Shown here: positions 57,898-64,000 of the stretch, in pieces
How positions within the stretch are numbered: the first letter of the stretch is position 1
Layout of the letters: every line of letters begins with the position of its first letter
Source of the DNA: a virus
Strand: one strand, 5' to 3'
Length of the DNA: 64,000 nucleotides
IMG/VR virus record: IMGVR_UViG_3300025168_000033
Location: 1 to 64,000 of that record
Notes under the pieces: model-generated
The model's input: the letters and a program-made list of their open reading frames with translations, nothing else
Told to the model about the DNA's origin: nothing
Database searches by the model: none
Made by a program: the position numbers and the translations under genes

Positions 57898-59736
57898 TTA
57901 AATTTTGTTTGTTTTGAATCGTTTTGCTAATCCTTCAGTAACTGCATCCATATAAGAACTTGTAACTTTAACTTCGTTTATCGATTCAGAATTTGCAATT
58001 GCAGATTCATTAATCGGTTGAATTATTTCAGATCTCAAATCTCTTGTCGACCAAAAATGATCGATTTGATATTGTGATTCTAAAACACTAACAGAAGCTT
58101 GTAATTTAATTTCTTCTTGTTTGCTTTCACTTAAAGAATCATAAGACTCTTTATATTTAGCTGGGATATTTTCCAACCAATTTAAAACTTTAGGTTCGGG
58201 TGTTGTTGCTGATTCCCATATTCTTTCAACATCTCTAGTTCCGAAGTATTTGTTATTTTTAAATGCAAGTATCAAGTCACCTTGAGAGCTTTCATTTAAT
58301 TTTGCAAATTCACTTCTCTTAGATTCCGTTACAAAATGTAGGAAATGCAAGTCCTTATCTTCAGTTACTGCTTTTTGCTTCTTAGCAGATTCAAGTAAAG
58401 TATTTATCTTAGTACTGATATCATTCTTAAAGTTATCATTACTTTCTATAATTAAATTTTCTTTAGGTTCCGATTGCTTACTTATTCTACCATTACCTTC
58501 ATTAATTAATTTTGCACCGTTAAGTTCAGCAAAATTTTCATTAATATCGTTAATAGAATGTTCGGTATATGAACCTAGAGTTTCTAGATTTTCTTTAATA
58601 TATTCAGTAAAATTAGCAACATGTTCCATGTTCTCAACAATATAATCGTTATGAGAAATAAGAGTATCTACTGATTCATTAATTGTAGTTTGATATTCAA
58701 ATCTTGAATTAACTTCTTCACTAATGTGTTTAGAATATTCAATTGAATTATCAACTGATTCAGCAACCATTTTACTATATTCGATTGAATTATCAAGGTT
58801 TTCAGCCAATGATTTACTATATTCAATTCCTTGATCGGTCTTAAGAGCAACCAATTCACTATAATCTTTAACTGATTCAAGACCTTCAACAATATAATCA
58901 TTATGTGCAATTAGGTTGTCTGTATTTTCTTCAACCTTATTGATTTTTGAATTCATTGAATTTACTTCCTTAGCAATAGTTTCAACCCACTCTACAATTT
59001 GTGATTGTTCCTTTGTATTATTAGAAGGTATATCAGATTCGTTTATAGATTTGATTGATTCCTGGATCTTATTGAATTGTTCAGTGATATATTTTGAATA
59101 TTTATCGAACTGATCCATTGAGATGAATGATTCACCTTTAGTTTCGTTTATTGCAACTTCTGGTGCGTCAACTTGAGTTAAACCGTTATTTGTGTTATCC
59201 ATTTCAAATATTTGTATTGTATCGTCGTTTTGTAAGCCAAATGATTCATTGACTCTGTTTAATTGTGCATTTTCAAATCCTGGATCTGCAACCAAATCAT
59301 AAGTAAATAATCTTTTAACTTTTACATGATTATTTGATTCAACAACACCAGCTGCTCTAGATGAAATATGTATTGGAACTCCTGCATCAACTAATGCCTT
59401 TGCTTGTTTTCCAGCATCAGTATCAAGTAGCTTAATTCTACCTCTTACTTGTTTTGAAGATTTATCGTAAGATATTTCTTCTATAACATGTGATACATTT
59501 TTTAATGATACTTCGAATTGTTTTGGATGATCCAGTTCTCCTAGAATTTTTCTATCTTTAACTTTTTTAGCTAATTCTTCCACATGAGGAACAAATTCAG
59601 CTTCATCGTAAATTCGATTGTTTTTATTTTTTGTGCCTATTTCCGAAAAAATTCCTTCCAGTATATAATCGCCATTAGCGGTTTTCTGGAATTCTGCCTC
59701 AGAAACTGATCTTTCAAGAATCAGTAAGTTTTTCAT
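57898..59736 (-). CDS. gp21: prohead protease gp21 fused to a gp22-like scaffold
   Basis: NKNNRIY, GELDHP, ISSRAAG and DLVADPG, then a coiled coil with nine [ILV]NE sites; ATG 59736. Confidence 0.88.
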   Translation of the reverse strand: MKNLLILERSVSEAEFQKTANGDYILEGIFSEIGTKNKNNRIYDEAEFVPHVEELAKKVKDRKILGELDHPKQFEVSLKNVSHVIEEISYDKSSKQVRGRIKLLDTDAGKQAKALVDAGVPIHISSRAAGVVESNNHVKVKRLFTYDLVADPGFENAQLNRVNESFGLQNDDTIQIFEMDNTNNGLTQVDAPEVAINETKGESFISMDQFDKYSKYITEQFNKIQESIKSINESDIPSNNTKEQSQIVEWVETIAKEVNSMNSKINKVEENTDNLIAHNDYIVEGLESVKDYSELVALKTDQGIEYSKSLAENLDNSIEYSKMVAESVDNSIEYSKHISEEVNSRFEYQTTINESVDTLISHNDYIVENMEHVANFTEYIKENLETLGSYTEHSINDINENFAELNGAKLINEGNGRISKQSEPKENLIIESNDNFKNDISTKINTLLESAKKQKAVTEDKDLHFLHFVTESKRSEFAKLNESSQGDLILAFKNNKYFGTRDVERIWESATTPEPKVLNWLENIPAKYKESYDSLSESKQEEIKLQASVSVLESQYQIDHFWSTRDLRSEIIQPINESAIANSESINEVKVTSSYMDAVTEGLAKRFKTNKI

Positions 59737-59819
59737 ATTTGTAGGTTTATTTTTAGCTTGGCTATTTGTTATATATATCAAGTTCACATTTACAAATGTG
59801 GTATCATTTTATAATACTT

Positions 59820-61418
59820 TTAAAAACCATCGTCATCCGATGTTAATTTTGCTTTCTCTGCCATTTCTTTCTCCTCTCTCTCTTTTAATTTAGCATTTAA
59901 TTTCAAATCATCCGCGGATAATCCAAGATATTTTCTAACTAAGAATTCAGATGAAAAGAATTTTGATTCATTCATATCAGCATCAGTATCAACTAATCCG
60001 TCTTTCATTGTTTGAATAAAATTGATTTCTTTCTCTAATACTTCCATTTCCTGCATCTTAATAAACATATTATTCTTCTGATATACTATACCTATTTGCT
60101 GTTTAAAATTATCATCATTGGCTAATTCTGGAAAGTCTAAGGCCATTTGTTGCCATAAAGGTTTTACAAGTATTTCTTGGAATTGTGTTCTCATACGATC
60201 AATAAAACGACCAAATTTTAACTCATCTCTAGTAGCACCTTCAGCCTGCATTTCCCATGATGGCGGCGATTCCTGATCAAATCTAGATAAAGGAATCTTA
60301 GTAACTTTATGAAATTCTTCTCTAAAATATCTAATTGCATCCGTATCACTTAAATCAGGACCATCATTTGCAAGTGTTTCAATTTCTGGTTGACCTGCAT
60401 CATTAGATGGTAACCAGTATTCCTTATTGAAAGGCATCATAGGTTTTCCATTTACCTGCAATTCACCAGATTCTACATCAAAATCCATTACTTCACGATA
60501 AGATTGCATTAGTACTCCTAATGATTGTTTTGCTCTAGTTTTTGATTTACCTCCTACTGGAATTATAAATTTAGTTTTAAATGATGAATTTACAACAGAC
60601 CATATAATTCTGGAATGTTCCATGATTCGTAAGATATTAAATGTTCTTACTAATCGTTCTACATAACTTACACGTCCAGGTGAATTAATTTGAGAATAAG
60701 AAAGATAAATTACTTGAGAATCATATAGTTCTCTTTGTTTTCTTACGTCACCTTTAAATTGAGTCCACATTTTCTTACCATCACTGTCTAGACCAGGCTC
60801 AATTGATGAGGGGTCTATTTCTTTGAATCCAATGATGTTTCTCATGTTCTTATCATAAATGATTTCAAACGCAAGATATCCATCAATCAACCATTTTCTA
60901 AAAAAGTTCCATGCAGAAATATCGTTATTGAATCCAAAATATTGATAGATTTTTTTGAAATTAGTTTGTACTGCATCAGAGATTTTCTTGTTAACATCAA
61001 CGGTAATTAATTCATCATCAAATATTTTTGGATATGCAAAGAAATTGGTTGCATCATATACAATAGCTTCATCCGCAAGTACATCCAATACATCTTCAAT
61101 TTTATCCTGAACAGAAAAGCGTCTTAAGTCTTCTCTTTTCTTTACATAGTTTCTATCATAAATAGAAATATTTTTACGAAGATTTATATCTGCCATTGAA
61201 AGATTAGCAAACATTCGATATTCATCATATTCGCCACCCATAAGGTTTGCCTGATCATATCGCCAACCATATTCATCTTCAGTAATACCGATAGATCTGG
61301 AATTTCTTAATACCATATCGTCATACTTCATTCCAAATGAACTAAGCTTCTTAATGAATTTTGTTACTGGATTTTTACTTTCCAAATAACTACCATTCCT
61401 ATTTACAAATCCTGACAT
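59820..61418 (-). CDS. gp20: portal protein
   Basis: FRKWLIDG, SYVE, EYWLP, IETL and RDELKF. Confidence 0.95.
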   Translation of the reverse strand: MSGFVNRNGSYLESKNPVTKFIKKLSSFGMKYDDMVLRNSRSIGITEDEYGWRYDQANLMGGEYDEYRMFANLSMADINLRKNISIYDRNYVKKREDLRRFSVQDKIEDVLDVLADEAIVYDATNFFAYPKIFDDELITVDVNKKISDAVQTNFKKIYQYFGFNNDISAWNFFRKWLIDGYLAFEIIYDKNMRNIIGFKEIDPSSIEPGLDSDGKKMWTQFKGDVRKQRELYDSQVIYLSYSQINSPGRVSYVERLVRTFNILRIMEHSRIIWSVVNSSFKTKFIIPVGGKSKTRAKQSLGVLMQSYREVMDFDVESGELQVNGKPMMPFNKEYWLPSNDAGQPEIETLANDGPDLSDTDAIRYFREEFHKVTKIPLSRFDQESPPSWEMQAEGATRDELKFGRFIDRMRTQFQEILVKPLWQQMALDFPELANDDNFKQQIGIVYQKNNMFIKMQEMEVLEKEINFIQTMKDGLVDTDADMNESKFFSSEFLVRKYLGLSADDLKLNAKLKEREEKEMAEKAKLTSDDDGF

Positions 61419-61420
61419 TA

Positions 61421-62014
61421 TTATCTTGTTTTATTTATATATTCAATAAATAATTTGTCTCTTTCGGCTTCTCCGAGCTTGACAAAATTAGGGTTATTAA
61501 TTAACATTGCGCTTGCCCAAACATCTATATTATTTGAAAAAACGTATGAATTACTTATTCTTTTATTTATGTATTTTCTTGTTGCAAATCCAATACCATA
61601 TTGTTTATATGTCGCCATAAATGATTTAGGTGAAAATTTATTATATGACTGATCTCTTGCTGGGGTGTTTCTTTTGCTGTTATAAGCACTTCCATATCGT
61701 GTCCAGAATGCATCTATAAATTGATACTTTATTTTTTCTGGAAAAAAGTTTAAATTAACACCAATATCCATAAAACCTTCAGCTGACATTAATTCATCAA
61801 TCTTTATTATGAGTGGGTTAGTATTCCAATATGCTAATTTATCTCGAGTCTTTGGGTCATAATAATTAAACGAATATAATCTACCATATTGCATACGACC
61901 ATTAGTTGATCCAATTATTTTACCTCTCGCACCGTCGCCTTTAGCTTTAGATGCCCAACCAGAAGCATCAAATTTTGAGCCTTTAAGATCGTTAATTTTT
62001 CTAGCCATTTCCAT
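61421..62014 (-). CDS. gp2: DNA end protector
   Basis: GRLYSFNYYDPK, LAYW, GVNLNFFP and RKY. Confidence 0.8.
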   Translation of the reverse strand: MEMARKINDLKGSKFDASGWASKAKGDGARGKIIGSTNGRMQYGRLYSFNYYDPKTRDKLAYWNTNPLIIKIDELMSAEGFMDIGVNLNFFPEKIKYQFIDAFWTRYGSAYNSKRNTPARDQSYNKFSPKSFMATYKQYGIGFATRKYINKRISNSYVFSNNIDVWASAMLINNPNFVKLGEAERDKLFIEYINKTR

Positions 62015-62022
62015 ATTATCAA

Positions 62023-62496
62023 CTATTTGAATCCATTAAAAAATCCTTCAGTAACAATCTTAAAAATATATCCGCGACTATCACACCATTTTTTAGCTGC
62101 GGCAAACTTTGCCATATTTAGAATATATTGTTCAGACAAATATTTAAAGTTTTTAATTGTTTTAGGAGTTTTTCTTTTAGGTTGTTTAGGTTTTTTAATT
62201 TGAGCTTCCGGCTTTACTTCTATTACAAGTTTCTTACCATCATCCAATAACATAAAGAAATCTGGATGATATTTAGAATACTTTTCTCTTAGTGGATTCC
62301 AATATTTTATTTCAAACGGTTCAGATGACCATTTAATTACTTTAGCATTTGATTCACAATAAATACAAAATTTTTGTTCCCAGCTACTTCTATAAATAAT
62401 AGGACCGTTACCAATATATTTAGCACATTCATTCAACGGAAAATATCCTTGTTTGAATCTGGATTTTTTGGTTGGCTTATTATTCTTTATGCTCAT
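62023..62496 (-). CDS. gp4: head completion nuclease
   Basis: QGYF, KYIG, YRSSWE, WSSE, YHPDF and EVKP. Confidence 0.93.
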   Translation of the reverse strand: MSIKNNKPTKKSRFKQGYFPLNECAKYIGNGPIIYRSSWEQKFCIYCESNAKVIKWSSEPFEIKYWNPLREKYSKYHPDFFMLLDDGKKLVIEVKPEAQIKKPKQPKRKTPKTIKNFKYLSEQYILNMAKFAAAKKWCDSRGYIFKIVTEGFFNGFK

Positions 62497-63578
62497 ATTT
62501 TAATATCACCTATTGACGCACCAACTCGAGTTTGAGCTGCATCTCCCCATTCAATTTGATTATTAAAATATGTGCTTGTAAATTTGTGTATTTGTTCAAA
62601 ATTTGAATCTTTACAATTTAATGTACACAAATGTTTTCTGTCATTAGTAGTAGTAAATAGCCAATCAAATCTTTCTTCTCTATAATATCCGTCTAAATGA
62701 ATAGCGGTTATAATTGCTTTAAGTTTATTACTTGCCTTTGATGAATTCGCTTCGTTTATGAATACAGTACTAATATAATTTACAGTTGTTTTTGATAATA
62801 ATTCGTTACTAGCGGTATAATTAGATAATGCTACTATAAGTTTTTTAGTAAGGAGCTTTGTTTGATTTATATCTAATTTTTGAATTGTATCTGAAAAAGT
62901 TTTGGCTAAATCAAGTAATGCACCTGGCCCAAATGATTTAGTTTTAGATTTCCAAGAAACACCATGAGGTTTAAATGCCTTCTGTATTTCTGATTCAGAT
63001 TTAGACCAGTTTTTAGTATTTTTTGTTCCGCCAAGACGACCTCTACGTTGCTTAACTTCGATCAATTCATTATTTGGACCTTTTATATCACCACCAGTTG
63101 TAGAATTACTAAAATGTGATAGCATACAATAATATAATTCTGTACGACCGACTACTGGTAATCCAAGCCCTGATAATTCTATTAATTTTTCAAAGAATTT
63201 TTTATCAAATAAATGAGCAAAATGATTTTCTATTTCTGCTAACGGTATATGACCGCCATTAGTTGGATTTAATTTAAATTCATTTTTTGATGGATTAGCT
63301 AACCAATTTAATAAGTCATTATCATTACCAATAAAATGTTTTTCCATAAGATTTAATATAACAGGTATATTAGATTTAGGAATTTTTTTATCATCCAAAA
63401 AATTACCTATTGGTCCTTTTAGATCTGGTATCAGTATATTTTTAATTTGAGTAATCTTATTAGAATCTTTAGTTGTATCTAATTGTCCTAATGTTATTTG
63501 ATCGTTTTTTATTGTATCTAAATTAACATAATTCAATGCCTCGGATAAAAACTCACTATAATTTTTGTATCTTCCCAT
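62493..63578 (-). CDS. capsid-targeted PD-(D/E)xK nuclease-like protein
   Basis: leader MGRYKNYSEFLSE; GRTE, GD and IEVK; late promoter at 63593-63601. Confidence 0.6.
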   Translation of the reverse strand: MGRYKNYSEFLSEALNYVNLDTIKNDQITLGQLDTTKDSNKITQIKNILIPDLKGPIGNFLDDKKIPKSNIPVILNLMEKHFIGNDNDLLNWLANPSKNEFKLNPTNGGHIPLAEIENHFAHLFDKKFFEKLIELSGLGLPVVGRTELYYCMLSHFSNSTTGGDIKGPNNELIEVKQRRGRLGGTKNTKNWSKSESEIQKAFKPHGVSWKSKTKSFGPGALLDLAKTFSDTIQKLDINQTKLLTKKLIVALSNYTASNELLSKTTVNYISTVFINEANSSKASNKLKAIITAIHLDGYYREERFDWLFTTTNDRKHLCTLNCKDSNFEQIHKFTSTYFNNQIEWGDAAQTRVGASIGDIKI

Positions 63579-63599
63579 ATTAAGGATTTATTTTATATA

Positions 63600-63968
63600 T
63601 CAAATTGAATAGATGCCATCACCATTAGAATTACTCAATGATATAGTTCCTTTATATTTCTTTGGATGTAATTTATGCCAGCCTTTTGCATATCCGTTCA
63701 TACACATTGATGTAAAATATGAGAATGCATTTGTAGTTTTTTCTGGCTTAAAACTTCTCCAATATTTCATTAAATCTAAAATAGCAAATGATAAGCAATC
63801 TTCTTGATCCTGTGGATTAGCATATTTTAATTTTCTTTGCGCTCGTTCGGCTAACATTGTTAACATTTTAACTGCTGTTCGAGTTAATTCATCCTGCTCT
63901 TTTGATAAAACAATTTGATCATATAAATCTCTATTGTTTAAATAATTCTTTGATTTTCTTCGTGCCAT
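63600..63968 (-). CDS. gp55: late sigma factor gp55-like
   Basis: NYLNNRDL, ED, YWRSFKPEK and NAFSYFT. Confidence 0.8.
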   Translation of the reverse strand: MARRKSKNYLNNRDLYDQIVLSKEQDELTRTAVKMLTMLAERAQRKLKYANPQDQEDCLSFAILDLMKYWRSFKPEKTTNAFSYFTSMCMNGYAKGWHKLHPKKYKGTISLSNSNGDGIYSI

Positions 63969-64000
63969 AATAATTGTTATCTTTGATTTGTTTATACTTC

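Noticed and set aside
13261-58910. Nested same-strand alternative-frame ORFs (13261-13446, 13927-14175, 44943-45146, 58668-58910)
   Set aside because: They lie wholly within stronger genes and have no supporting signals.
1180-63578. Shared leader as a secretion signal or simple paralogy
   Set aside because: It has no hydrophobic core and the protein bodies are unrelated; it ends in the same site found in the scaffold and capsid proteins.
127-63807. All plus-strand ORFs in the track (e.g. 4305-4838, 40214-40702, 41189-41614)
   Set aside because: They are antisense shadows of well-supported minus-strand genes, with no motifs or plus-strand promoters.
1-64000. Stop-codon reassignment
   Set aside because: Core genes translate full length in the standard code, and TAA, TAG and TGA all terminate genes.

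Overview
A 64 kb, very AT-rich segment of a large T4-like (myovirus) bacteriophage genome. All convincing genes lie on the minus strand. Core T4-type virion, packaging and replication genes are recognisable: gp55-like late sigma, gp4, gp2, portal gp20, fused gp21 protease/gp22 scaffold, major capsid gp23, gp14 neck, gp16/gp17 terminase, gp18 sheath, gp19 tube, gp26/gp51-like hub, tape-measure-like protein, gp44/gp62 clamp loader and RNase H. Auxiliary genes include PhoH, ThyA, UvsE, Fpg/Nei, an MBD4-like glycosylase, an M42 peptidase, an ECF sigma and a glycan-modification cluster. The promoter form and the lack of obvious Shine-Dalgarno sites suggest a Bacteroidota host (inference). Main result: about 27 otherwise unrelated ORFs carry the same N-terminal leader, roughly MKN(I/L)x(S/T)(Y/F)xEFLNE. 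It resembles the T4 internal-protein capsid-targeting sequence ending in a gp21 cleavage site, which points to a very large arsenal of head-packaged, injected cargo proteins. Candidate cargos include ADP-ribosyltransferase-like, metallopeptidase, nuclease, HAD and RNase-like domains, some built as [ILV]NE-punctuated polyproteins. Three intergenic motif classes suggest an early/middle/late cascade: a long early repeat, TGAAAC-N18-TATAAT and GATATATAA. A likely +1 frameshift joins the gp26-like and gp51-like genes. No tRNA, rRNA or CRISPR array was seen. All calls come from motifs read by eye; no searches were run.
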